Origin: a virus
Taxonomy: Duplodnaviria > Heunggongvirae > Uroviricota > Caudoviricetes
IMG/VR virus record: IMGVR_UViG_3300042009_000026
Coordinates: 128,001 to 192,000 of that record
Strand: one strand, 5' to 3'
DNA: 64,000 nucleotides
A program made the translations under genes and the position numbers. Below, in pieces: positions 29,041 through 38,507 of this stretch (position 1 is the stretch's first letter; each line of letters begins with the position of its first letter). Below the pieces are notes generated by a model, which saw nothing but the letters and a program-made list of their open reading frames with translations, had not been told where the DNA came from and did not search any database.

Positions 29041-30195
29041 ATGACATTTGAACAAGATTTCCTCCAGGTTAAAGGTATTACTGGTACCGAAGAAGTTTTT
29101 GGTACTGTTGATCCAGTAACCGAAGAAAAGCAAGATATGGTACCGATCGATGTACTCGGTACTGACGTTGGTGATATCCAACATGAACTTGAAGTTATTG
29201 AAGATGCCCGTGAAGCATTAGAAGCTTACGATAACTTCCTGACCCATGCCGGTCCAGATGGCATCTCTCGACAAACTGCAGCAGCTATGTACATTGGTTT
29301 GTCCCGTATCGACCGTCAACTTAATCAGCGTTCTGATTTGGTTGCTTCTATGGAAGACAATGATCTGGCTGAAGTAGATAATCGTAACAAGATGGCTGTC
29401 GCTAAAGGCGTTGATAATAAAGGCATCGCTGGACGTGGTAAACAACTGTTCGATAAGTTGAAAGAGATTATCGCTAAGCTGATTGAGAAGATTCGTAAGG
29501 CATGGGCTTTCTTTATGAATAAAGCCAAGCAAGCTGGTGATAAAGCTAAATCTGTATTACAAGGAATTAATGATTGGGCAGGTCCTAATGGCGTTGGTGG
29601 CGGTAAGAAGATAGAAATCCCTGGGCGAGTTAAGATGTTTGTGTTCAAAGGAGATAAACCTCTCCCTATGACCGATGTTAACGCTCTAGTAAAATATGCT
29701 TTTATCGAATACCCAACATTCCTCATGGAACAGTTCAATCAGATCAAAGCTTCGATGAATAGCAACGATGCTATTTCTGAACTTGAAACATTCCTAGCGT
29801 ATGATGGTCCTTTGCCGGATCATTGGGTCATTGAAGATGATGGCAGTGGCTATCCACATGCTAATTTCAGTGGTGACTCAAACAGTCCTGGTAAGCATCG
29901 AGTTCGTGATAAAGGTGCTATCACCCAAGCCATGAAAGCGGTACAAACCACGTGTGACCTAGTTAATGACAATATCGGTGACAATTCCATTATGGATAAG
30001 CTGTCTAAGTCATTCGAAGAATTGCTGAAGACAACTGGAAATAAAACTGACGAATTGGATAACTGGAACCGCTTGCTGAAATCCAGCGTTAAAGTATCCA
30101 CCGCATGTGCAGCTGCTAACAATCTTCAGAAGTTGGCAACATTTATGGTACATGAACAAACTACGTTGGCATTGCTCGAAGTTGAAGCCGATTAA
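29041..30195 (+). CDS. Internal head protein, phiKZ_IP-like paralog
   Basis: ALE, GPDGISRQTAAAMYIGL, ASME, amphipathic helix. Confidence 0.8.
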   Translation: MTFEQDFLQVKGITGTEEVFGTVDPVTEEKQDMVPIDVLGTDVGDIQHELEVIEDAREALEAYDNFLTHAGPDGISRQTAAAMYIGLSRIDRQLNQRSDLVASMEDNDLAEVDNRNKMAVAKGVDNKGIAGRGKQLFDKLKEIIAKLIEKIRKAWAFFMNKAKQAGDKAKSVLQGINDWAGPNGVGGGKKIEIPGRVKMFVFKGDKPLPMTDVNALVKYAFIEYPTFLMEQFNQIKASMNSNDAISELETFLAYDGPLPDHWVIEDDGSGYPHANFSGDSNSPGKHRVRDKGAITQAMKAVQTTCDLVNDNIGDNSIMDKLSKSFEELLKTTGNKTDELDNWNRLLKSSVKVSTACAAANNLQKLATFMVHEQTTLALLEVEAD

Positions 30196-30260
30196 AAAGA
30201 ATAATACTAGATCGGGGCTTGTCCCCGATCTTATGTATCTTTTAACCTGAGGAACCTGCC

Positions 30261-30866
30261 ATGTTGAATGTCAGAAAATATCTCCCTTCTATGGAAGACT
30301 TTGATAGTCTTCCAGATACTCTTGCAAATGACATCTCCACTGATGGAGAAAACACATATGTTGCAGGTATCCCAGAAGAACTGATCCAACCTGTTGAGAA
30401 CTCTGAACAGGGTAATGAAGGTGATGGCACTATCGTCGATAACCTTCAAGCAAAGAACGAAGAAACAGAAGCAGTAAAAGAATCTGAGGATGATGGTTCT
30501 GGCGGTGAAGAGGATGAGTCGTTAGAGACTACTCAAACCGAAGATGAACCAGATACCACCGATGATGAAAAAGAGACTAATGCGAAGGCAGAAGAACTCG
30601 ATGAAGAAGAGAAAGTTGTTGAAGCAACCTTTGCTATCGAATCGTACGAGAAGCTTTTACAGAACGCTGGTCCACATCTGACCCAACAATCCGCTGCTTT
30701 TATGGCAGTCGGTGTGGCCCGATTAGAACGCCAATTTGGTGAAGCTAATCTCGGGTTAGAAGATTTTGATGCTACCCCATATTCTGCTCGTCAGACAGTG
30801 GCAACTGAAACCATTCGTACACTGCTTACGTCTTTGCGTAATCGGATTAATGGTATATGCAAATAA
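30261..30866 (+). CDS. Short internal head protein paralog (propeptide-dominated)
   Basis: PSMEDF N-terminus, acidic tract, LTQQSAAFMAVGV, GLE; ends ~30 aa later. Confidence 0.8.
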   Translation: MLNVRKYLPSMEDFDSLPDTLANDISTDGENTYVAGIPEELIQPVENSEQGNEGDGTIVDNLQAKNEETEAVKESEDDGSGGEEDESLETTQTEDEPDTTDDEKETNAKAEELDEEEKVVEATFAIESYEKLLQNAGPHLTQQSAAFMAVGVARLERQFGEANLGLEDFDATPYSARQTVATETIRTLLTSLRNRINGICK

Positions 30867-30916
30867 AAGTCAACAACGACGCCCTCGCATAATTCGATAT
30901 CTAAAGGAAACACAAC

Positions 30917-33337
30917 ATGCTTAACCTCTCGACTTACATCCCATCACTGGAAGAATTTGAAGAAGTTCCTTCTCCTCTGATGGATGGTAATGTTGCACCT
31001 GTGGTTGAAGGCGCCATTGTTGGTCAATTACCAACCGAAGGCTTCCCAGTCCCAGTAGAACAATCCGTGGTAGAACTACCACCACAACTTGATCCAACAC
31101 CGCTACAGCCTCTGGAAGAAGGCATTATCCAGGAAGAAGTAATTGCTGAGAACCTGGATGCAGAAGCTGGTCAACTGATGGGCGCACAAATCGCTCTGGA
31201 AGGTTACAGTAAACTGCTGCGTAGTGCTGGCAAGAACATGACTCGTCAATCTGCAGCTTTCATGGCTGTTGGTATGCAACGTGCTAACCGCATCTTGGGT
31301 GTCACTACCTTGGGTCTGGAAAATGAAGAGTCTGGCACACAAGTCATGGCAATGCAAACGGCTAAGGTCGACCAAAAAGGTCTGGGTGATAAGCTGAAAG
31401 AAGCAGGCAAGAAAATCTGGGAATGGCTGAAAGCTAAGTGGGCACAACTGGTTGCACTCGCACGTAAGCTTTCGGGTAATAAAGAAGCAGATAAACAGAA
31501 AGTACTTTTCTTGATCGCTGCCACCAAGCCCGGTAAGACTGCTTCATTGGAAGCACCTAAAGGTCTGAAGACTGCACAAGTACTCGATGCTATCCATGGT
31601 GATGAAAAGCGTAGCAAACCAGTGGCCAAGACAATTGTACTGCCCGCTGTTCTGGCTGAAGGTATGGTCTCGAATGGTAAGCTCGATCTCAACTTGACCA
31701 CCATTAGCCAACTGCGTTCGAAAGATGGCTTGGACTACGTTAAAGATTCTGTCGCTTTTATGAAGGATCTTAAAGACTTCATGTTGAAGATGACTAAGGA
31801 CACCACTCCAGAAGAAGCCGGTGATACCATTAGTGATCTGGCTAAGAAGCATATGGGTGGTAAGAGTGCTAAACTCGTATTGCCTGGTGGTGTTGGTTTT
31901 GAGCGTGTCGAAGGTAAAGTTACATTCACTCGTTCTGAGCCAGGTGAAACAGAAGTTTCTCTGCCAAGTCTGCCAGAAATTGCACAGTACTTGGAAGGCA
32001 TCAACAAGATCCTGAATGAAGATGATCTCCAAGAAGAACCAGTTTTTGATGAACTGGAAAAGATGATGAATTTCTTCTCCGGTGATGAAGCAGAGCAAGC
32101 TGACAAACGTCTCCGTGCATCAGGCATGTCTAATGAAGATATGGATGCAATCACTCGTGAAATTGAAAAGGCCCTGAGTGCTTTCCCACTTGCCGATAAC
32201 ATCAAAGCTATCGTATCTTTCATGGGTGCTTGGCGACGTGCGGCTATTGCTACGATGGATCACCTGATCGCTGCTCATGGTGGCTTGACCGGCACCATCT
32301 CGCAAGAAGACTTTGAAGCATTGCCTTCTCGTGGGCTGTCTGTGATTCCTGGCCAAGCTGGTAGTAAACAAGGTATTGGTGCTGCTGTTAAAGCTGCATG
32401 GGCTAAAACAAAAGAGTTCTTCGCGCGTCTGTGGGAACAGTTCCGTAACTGGATTGCTAGGATTTGGGAACGTATTTTTGGTAACGAAAAGCAAGTCGAC
32501 ATGTTGCTGTTGACTAACGAAGCTATTCCAGACGAAGGTCAAGCACCATCTGGCCAGCCTCTAGCTCTGCCACCTGGTACTGGTTTGAAATCTGTTTCGG
32601 CTGCTAAATCTTTAGCTGGCCCTAGTGCAGCAGGTGAAGTACCAGTCGATGTTACGCCTGAACCAGTTGTCGAGAACGGCTCTCCATTACCTAAAGGTTA
32701 CATCTATACCGATGCCCTGAAGAAACTGAAGCTCAGTTCTGGTTATGCTTTTGAACCAACCATTGAGGAATCGCTAATTACCTGGTTTACCGATAGCTAT
32801 AACCCAGCTGTAATTAAAATGTGGCGTGATGTTACTAGCATGGCTAACAGTAACTTTGATGTTGGTGCTTTCGATGCCTGGGGCAAGGTATTAACTGACA
32901 TGGCGTCTAAGGTAATGGCAGGTGCACCAGTCGGAGAAATTCCCGGTGGGCAATCGCTGGTCCTCAATGAAGGAACCATTGCTTTCTCCTTTGGGGGTGG
33001 TGACGGTACCGAATCTGAGCCGGTGAAGGCATTGAACAAACGTCAAATCGCCCAGATTCTGGCTCGCCAGAAACGTGCTTTCCGTGGGTTAGAACTTGCA
33101 CAGAAATCTACAGATGAACAGAACCGACTGCATGAGCAATTCTCTCAAGTAATCGAGCGTCTGATTAATAATGCTGATGAGGCTAAGGCGTCGCAGTATT
33201 CTGCATTCTACACAACTGTTAACAAGTTGTTGTGTAATACAGCTGTGCGCCAATTGGCTACTACCATTGGTTCCCGTTTCACTGCTCGCACCATCGTTAT
33301 GGATGAGATGATTGCCGCTCGTGCTAAACGTGGCTAA
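30917..33337 (+). CDS. Internal head protein with two tandem mature domains
   Basis: PSLEEF, MTRQSAAFMAVGM, GLE, then a second SQE site and second W-rich amphipathic helix. Confidence 0.82.
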   Translation: MLNLSTYIPSLEEFEEVPSPLMDGNVAPVVEGAIVGQLPTEGFPVPVEQSVVELPPQLDPTPLQPLEEGIIQEEVIAENLDAEAGQLMGAQIALEGYSKLLRSAGKNMTRQSAAFMAVGMQRANRILGVTTLGLENEESGTQVMAMQTAKVDQKGLGDKLKEAGKKIWEWLKAKWAQLVALARKLSGNKEADKQKVLFLIAATKPGKTASLEAPKGLKTAQVLDAIHGDEKRSKPVAKTIVLPAVLAEGMVSNGKLDLNLTTISQLRSKDGLDYVKDSVAFMKDLKDFMLKMTKDTTPEEAGDTISDLAKKHMGGKSAKLVLPGGVGFERVEGKVTFTRSEPGETEVSLPSLPEIAQYLEGINKILNEDDLQEEPVFDELEKMMNFFSGDEAEQADKRLRASGMSNEDMDAITREIEKALSAFPLADNIKAIVSFMGAWRRAAIATMDHLIAAHGGLTGTISQEDFEALPSRGLSVIPGQAGSKQGIGAAVKAAWAKTKEFFARLWEQFRNWIARIWERIFGNEKQVDMLLLTNEAIPDEGQAPSGQPLALPPGTGLKSVSAAKSLAGPSAAGEVPVDVTPEPVVENGSPLPKGYIYTDALKKLKLSSGYAFEPTIEESLITWFTDSYNPAVIKMWRDVTSMANSNFDVGAFDAWGKVLTDMASKVMAGAPVGEIPGGQSLVLNEGTIAFSFGGGDGTESEPVKALNKRQIAQILARQKRAFRGLELAQKSTDEQNRLHEQFSQVIERLINNADEAKASQYSAFYTTVNKLLCNTAVRQLATTIGSRFTARTIVMDEMIAARAKRG

Positions 33338-33370
33338 ATAAACGGGAGCCTTCGGGCTCCCTTTATTTCG
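33336..33370 (+). terminator. Family hairpin
   Basis: AATAAAC-GGGAGCC-TTCG-GGCTCCC-TTTATTTCG. Confidence 0.75.
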
Positions 33371-33430
33371 ATCTACCCAATGCTATGTTAATTGCAATTA
33401 GCACAGAATAAATTCCTTGAGGAACAAAAC

Positions 33431-34936
33431 ATGAAATTGTCAAAACTGCTTAAGGCTATGGAAAACTACGAGGAAGCTCCAATTCCAGAGTCCGTAGCTG
33501 CTGTTGCCGAAGGTAACACTGTTGATCCACAAATCGTAGACGCGTCTGCACCAGTTAATGAACCCTCGACTATCCCAGATGCTGGTGAGATGCCGCTAGG
33601 TGTTCCTGCTGTATCGCCTCTGCCAATCATCGAAGAAGCTCCGGTTATCGCAGCTCCTCTTGCCGAAGTACCTGCTGCTATCGAAGGCGAAGGTATGGAA
33701 CCACTACCACTCGCTGCTGGTCCTCAGCTGATTATCGAATCCCCATTGGATCATGATAATACCATGGCCATGATGGATCGGACTATCGTTGAGTCTACTG
33801 CGATGGGTAATGAACTTACTGAAATCGTAGAAGTACAAACTGCTCTCGAATGCTATCAGAAACTCCTGCGTCAAGCTGGCCCAGATGGTATTACCCGTCA
33901 AGCTGCTGGTTTCATGCGCGTAGGCTTGGAACAATTCCAACATGATGGTCACGTTGATCTGTCCGGTCTGATCGGTTCCATGGAATCAATGGGCGATGGT
34001 GAGAAACAACATCTGCTCCCTTCCAAAGTTAAAGCTGGCGGTATTGGCGATAAGATCAAAGAAGTTGCTGGTAAGGTTTGGGAATGGCTGAAAGGTCTGT
34101 GGGAAAAGGCTAAGACTTTCGTACAACAATTGCTACAAGGTGTTGTTGGTCTGGAACGTAAGCTGAATAAAGCTAAAGCAGCCGCTGAGAAAGCTGGCTC
34201 TACTGCAGGTGGCGAATTCCAAGTACCTAACCCAGAACGTATCATGATCGGCTCTAAGCTTTCGATCAACTACCCAATCGAACTGAAAGCTGTTACGATG
34301 CTGGCATGTAATGTGTATCCAGAACGTATGGCACAGTTCTATAGCGCTGTGGCTTCTGCTATTGGTAATTATGATCCTGCTCATGGTGATTCCCAAGAAG
34401 TAATGGGATTGCTGGAGAAAGCTAAAGAAGTTCTGAAAGATGTAAAAGCTTCTGACCAAGTATTACCAGGCAACGTTAAGATCGATGTTGGTGATTCGGG
34501 TATTTCTTATGGTATCGCCGAAGCAGGTGATTCTGAGAAACCAGAGTCGGTAACTTCCAAAGCACGTTCGGGTTCAACTATCGCAGCTGACCTGCAAACA
34601 ATGTTTGTCGTACTGGAAGCACTGAAATCGTACGGTCAACATCACGAGAAGATGGCACAAGCAGCTAGTAAAGTTGGTGAAGCACTGGAACGACTGAAGA
34701 AAGCTTCGTCGGGTGAGGGCATGGAAGATGGCGCTGCACAAACTGCAGTTGATATCGAAACAGCTGTAGGTAAGCTGCTGCACCAAGCTAACCCACGTGG
34801 TAATGAAATCGTTCGTTATCTGGCTAAAACTACTTCGGCTTACGCTGATGTGATCCTGGCTGAACTGAAAGTTGAAGGCGTTAGTTCTGAGCCTAAACAA
34901 CTCGGCAACGACTCGAAAGAAGTTGCTACTCAATAA
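33431..34936 (+). CDS. Internal head protein, phiKZ_IP-like paralog
   Basis: GAGGA SD before ATG 33431; AME, ALE, GPDGITRQAAGFMRVGL, SME, KVWEWLKGLW, LPGN. Confidence 0.82.
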   Translation: MKLSKLLKAMENYEEAPIPESVAAVAEGNTVDPQIVDASAPVNEPSTIPDAGEMPLGVPAVSPLPIIEEAPVIAAPLAEVPAAIEGEGMEPLPLAAGPQLIIESPLDHDNTMAMMDRTIVESTAMGNELTEIVEVQTALECYQKLLRQAGPDGITRQAAGFMRVGLEQFQHDGHVDLSGLIGSMESMGDGEKQHLLPSKVKAGGIGDKIKEVAGKVWEWLKGLWEKAKTFVQQLLQGVVGLERKLNKAKAAAEKAGSTAGGEFQVPNPERIMIGSKLSINYPIELKAVTMLACNVYPERMAQFYSAVASAIGNYDPAHGDSQEVMGLLEKAKEVLKDVKASDQVLPGNVKIDVGDSGISYGIAEAGDSEKPESVTSKARSGSTIAADLQTMFVVLEALKSYGQHHEKMAQAASKVGEALERLKKASSGEGMEDGAAQTAVDIETAVGKLLHQANPRGNEIVRYLAKTTSAYADVILAELKVEGVSSEPKQLGNDSKEVATQ

Positions 34937-34981
34937 AACAATAGACGGGGCCTAGTGCCTCGTCTTATGTTAGGAGGTCCT

Positions 34982-36145
34982 ATGGACTTTAAAGAAAAGC
35001 TCCAACGGTTAGAAGAACGTCGGGGTGAATCAAGTGCAGAGTGGATGGCCAAATTACAAAATGGAACTCAAGGCGATGCCAATGAAGAGATCCTCAAGTT
35101 AGCCGAGGTACTCGCTGATTCAGATGAGACAATGACAGAAGAGATCATTGACTTAGTGGGTGGGCTAGAACTATACAAGCCTTATGAATCAATTGGCGAT
35201 ACTCCTTTCTTTTCCCTTGGGTTAGAAAGTGTGAGTGATACAGTAGTTAAGATCTTTGATCGTATCATCGCTTTTATTAAGCGTTGGATTAAAATACTTA
35301 ATGAGTCAGAATTTAAGCTATCCCTGCATACTGCTTTGCATAGCCATTCGCTAGAGAACATCCGTACTACCATGCGCACGACTAGCCGGATGCATCATGA
35401 AGACACACGGTTTCAAGTATCTACCCGTATCCATAACTTATCAGTTAACTACCGGCCTATTTCAAATGCAATTGGATTGATCAATGCACTGACTATTCTG
35501 AAGCACGTAGCTAATGCTTATTTCGATACTCACTCGGATAAAGTGTTGTCCCAAGTTAACAGAGTGGTCAGTGGTGTTACTGATCAACGTACAGCTAGTT
35601 TCTTAGCGGAACAGATGGCTGGAGCTAGTCCTTTAAATATTTCTAAGGAACCTATCTTCAGACCGAATGATCTACACGTTGAGTCACCGCACTTAATGGG
35701 CAATCACCGTTTTGTTATTACTGATAACAATATCGCGTCAAGTGATGCTGCTGATCGTGTACAAGGCATTCGAGTTAAGCTAGAACCTTCCCAACTGACT
35801 CCTGCTCAATTACCGAATGGCGTGAACTTTGAATACTTCGATAGTCCCATGACCGAAGCAGTCTTGACTAAATGTGACGATATTCTACGCTTATTGGCTG
35901 ACTCTAACAATGGTCCACGCCGTCACGCACGTAGGCAGGCCATGAATGCCCTTCTGGCTGCCGTAGAACGCGTTAACGAAGAAACACAGCGTAACGGTAT
36001 CCGTGATGAAGCAGAAGCCCGTAAAGTGGTCTCAGTGCTTGAGTCATATATCGCCTGGATTGCTGATCCTTATACTTCGTTCTATGCATATACCTTGCGT
36101 AATGTGCGTGCCGCACTTAATGTGTGTGAGGCCAATATCGCTTAG
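34982..36145 (+). CDS. Internal head protein (phiKZ gp96 position)
   Basis: AGGAGG SD before ATG 34982; GLE sites then amphipathic helix; LMGN. Confidence 0.8.
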   Translation: MDFKEKLQRLEERRGESSAEWMAKLQNGTQGDANEEILKLAEVLADSDETMTEEIIDLVGGLELYKPYESIGDTPFFSLGLESVSDTVVKIFDRIIAFIKRWIKILNESEFKLSLHTALHSHSLENIRTTMRTTSRMHHEDTRFQVSTRIHNLSVNYRPISNAIGLINALTILKHVANAYFDTHSDKVLSQVNRVVSGVTDQRTASFLAEQMAGASPLNISKEPIFRPNDLHVESPHLMGNHRFVITDNNIASSDAADRVQGIRVKLEPSQLTPAQLPNGVNFEYFDSPMTEAVLTKCDDILRLLADSNNGPRRHARRQAMNALLAAVERVNEETQRNGIRDEAEARKVVSVLESYIAWIADPYTSFYAYTLRNVRAALNVCEANIA

Positions 36146-36245
36146 TTTTACGCAATCTTGTGAAACGACGTTTCGTCCAAAATTGTCGGGCTGTGCCAAC
36201 GGACGAACGGCATAGCCACAAATCAATCCTGTACAGGTAGAGAAC

Positions 36246-38435
36246 ATGAATATTCTGAATTATCTAACTCCTTCATTTGAGGAGTTCGTTGATGCGCCAG
36301 TTGGTGCTGATCAACTGGCCCACAATTCTGCAGCCGCCGTTCCTGGTGGCACAGAAGTCCCAGGTGCTGCACCAGTAGCCGATACCCAAACTGATTCTTT
36401 GGAAATTCCTGAATCCGTAGGTCCTGCTCTCGTTGCAAGTTCCGATGAAGTACAAGCTGCTGCTGTCGTAGAAGACCCAGGTCATTCCGAAGCTGCAGCC
36501 GCCGCTGCACAAGCAAGTGATTCTGATGCTGCTCTTCTGGAACAAGCACAAGTCGCTCCTGCTGAAACTGGTTCGGCTGATGCCGCTGTTGATACTACAA
36601 CTACTGAAGAAGGTACTGGCGATGTTTCAGAATCTGCCGAATTGGGTGGCGATGACACTAGCACTGTTGACAGCACTGATGGTGACATTGGTGGCGACGA
36701 GCTGGGCGGTGATGCTACTACTGACAGCACTGATCTTGGTGATACTGGATCGGATGAGCTTGGCAGCACTGATGATGCCGCAGGCGATGAAACCGATCTG
36801 GGTACAGATGAAGCGCTGGGTGATGAAGGCACAGAAGAGACTGGCGATGACGCGGGTCTAGGTGATCTCGGCGAAACTACCGACGACACCACAACTGAAG
36901 AAGATGGTCTGGGTGAAACCGAGACTGCAGAAGGTGGCGAAGATGGTCTGGGGGACGGTACTGACGGTGAAACCGAAACCGGAGAAGCCGAAGGCGAAGA
37001 AGAAACCGAAGAAGCGGGCGAAGCCGAAGGCGAAGAAGCCGGCGGCGAGTTCGAAGAAGCCGGTGAAGAAGGTGGGGACGAGTCCGACGAAACTAGCGGT
37101 TCCGAAGAAGAAACCACTGAAGAAGCCGAAGGCGAAGAAACTGATGCCTCCGAAGAAAGTGGTGATGAAACCGATAGCGATGAAGATGACGGGGTGGAAG
37201 TCGATATCCCCGACGTAGATACCGAAACTACCGAGGACGACGCTGTCGAAGCTGAAGAAGAAGCCGCTGAGAAAGTTGCTGAAGACGAAGCTTTAGAAGA
37301 CGAAATCATCGATACATCTAAGTCTGTTGATGAGCTGGATGAAGATGCCGTTGCCGTAGAAGAATTCATTGGCGTACTGCAGCATGGTATTCGTACCAAA
37401 CGTTTCAATGCACAGACCGTAGCTCTGGCTCAGTCTAAATTGCAGAAGCTTTCCGCTAAGTGGCAAAGTGAAGCTCCAATTATTCCTTCGATGGAAGATT
37501 ACTCTGAAAAGAATCTGGGTGCTTATTACACCAATTCGTTGGAATCTTTCTCCAGCTTCTTGAAGAAAATCAAACACGTTCGTGATTCCTACCTGGATAG
37601 CTTTGCTAAGAACATGAACGAGCGGTTGCATTTGAAATCGGTAGATGCTTCTATCGCCGCTATCAACAAAGCCCTTGATGTTCAGATCATGCGTATTAAA
37701 GATCTGAAGCTGGAAGAAGCGGTTAGCGTTAAGATCCCTGCTGTACTTCGTACTAAAGATGGCCTGAATGCCACTCTTACTAAAGAGTTGAAGTTCCTGG
37801 GTCAAATTGCTGGTGTCTTCAACCACGATAAGAAGTTCCTACAAGGTGTAGCTTCTCTGATTTCTGCCGCTGTTAAAGAAGGTGATGCGATCAAGTCGAC
37901 CGCAACATTGCAGAAGGCACTGAAGCTGGCTTTGCCTGCTGACTCGTATCCTGTTGCAGCATATAAAGGTTCCGACATGTCGGACTTCCACTTCGTTCGT
38001 GCTGATGTTAAACGCACGGGTAGTCTCGTGGATGACATGAAGACACTGGGCAAGCGTGCGATCCATGATTCAGTCCAGACTAATCGTGGTATGAGCGGCG
38101 CCAAAGATACCGAACAGTTCCTGAAGGCAGATGTGGTTAAACTTTTGCAGTTCGCCAAAGTTCTGGTCGGTTTGTCTCGTGGTACTTCAGCTGCTGCCGG
38201 TAAAGACATCATTGATTCTATTCATGTCGTTAATACATCGAAGTCCGAAGCTAACCAGAAAGATGCTAAAACTGGGGATGCAGAAACTCGTCGTTCGAAT
38301 GATGCAGCTATGAACCAGATGGTTACTCAGTTCTGGTATGCCCTGCAAGCTTCGTCTGATAACTACGCTCATTTCCAATGGCACATCGTGCTGCTGGTTG
38401 ATAACCTGGTTAACCTGGTTAAGAAAGTCAAATAA
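36246..38435 (+). CDS. Internal head/inner-body protein with long acidic propeptide (phiKZ gp97-like)
   Basis: PSFEEF N-terminus, ~280-aa D/E/G/T-rich tract, PSME and SLE sites. Confidence 0.83.
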   Translation: MNILNYLTPSFEEFVDAPVGADQLAHNSAAAVPGGTEVPGAAPVADTQTDSLEIPESVGPALVASSDEVQAAAVVEDPGHSEAAAAAAQASDSDAALLEQAQVAPAETGSADAAVDTTTTEEGTGDVSESAELGGDDTSTVDSTDGDIGGDELGGDATTDSTDLGDTGSDELGSTDDAAGDETDLGTDEALGDEGTEETGDDAGLGDLGETTDDTTTEEDGLGETETAEGGEDGLGDGTDGETETGEAEGEEETEEAGEAEGEEAGGEFEEAGEEGGDESDETSGSEEETTEEAEGEETDASEESGDETDSDEDDGVEVDIPDVDTETTEDDAVEAEEEAAEKVAEDEALEDEIIDTSKSVDELDEDAVAVEEFIGVLQHGIRTKRFNAQTVALAQSKLQKLSAKWQSEAPIIPSMEDYSEKNLGAYYTNSLESFSSFLKKIKHVRDSYLDSFAKNMNERLHLKSVDASIAAINKALDVQIMRIKDLKLEEAVSVKIPAVLRTKDGLNATLTKELKFLGQIAGVFNHDKKFLQGVASLISAAVKEGDAIKSTATLQKALKLALPADSYPVAAYKGSDMSDFHFVRADVKRTGSLVDDMKTLGKRAIHDSVQTNRGMSGAKDTEQFLKADVVKLLQFAKVLVGLSRGTSAAAGKDIIDSIHVVNTSKSEANQKDAKTGDAETRRSNDAAMNQMVTQFWYALQASSDNYAHFQWHIVLLVDNLVNLVKKVK

Positions 38436-38471
38436 CATAGACGCCTTCCCTCCGGGGAAGGCTTTATGCCG
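38436..38471 (+). terminator. Family hairpin
   Basis: CATAGAC-GCCTTCCC-TCCG-GGGAAGGC-TTTATGCCG. Confidence 0.8.
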
Positions 38472-38507
38472 AATCTTATGACTTTCAAAACTAACGAGGG
38501 GATTCAC

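Noticed and set aside
33392-33430. Upstream start extensions in the ORF track (also 16533, 34955, 38466, 46240, 47259, 52519, 55310, 60020, 61653)
   Set aside because: They lack an SD or run through terminators, promoters or neighbouring genes; downstream ATGs with better SD context were used instead
36162-36217. GGACGAAAC on the minus strand resembling a hammerhead ribozyme core
   Set aside because: No CUGAnGA element at the required position on either strand
36482-37408. 308-aa Ser/Pro-rich ORF on the minus strand
   Set aside because: Antisense shadow of the GAA/GAC-rich acidic tract; no SD and low complexity
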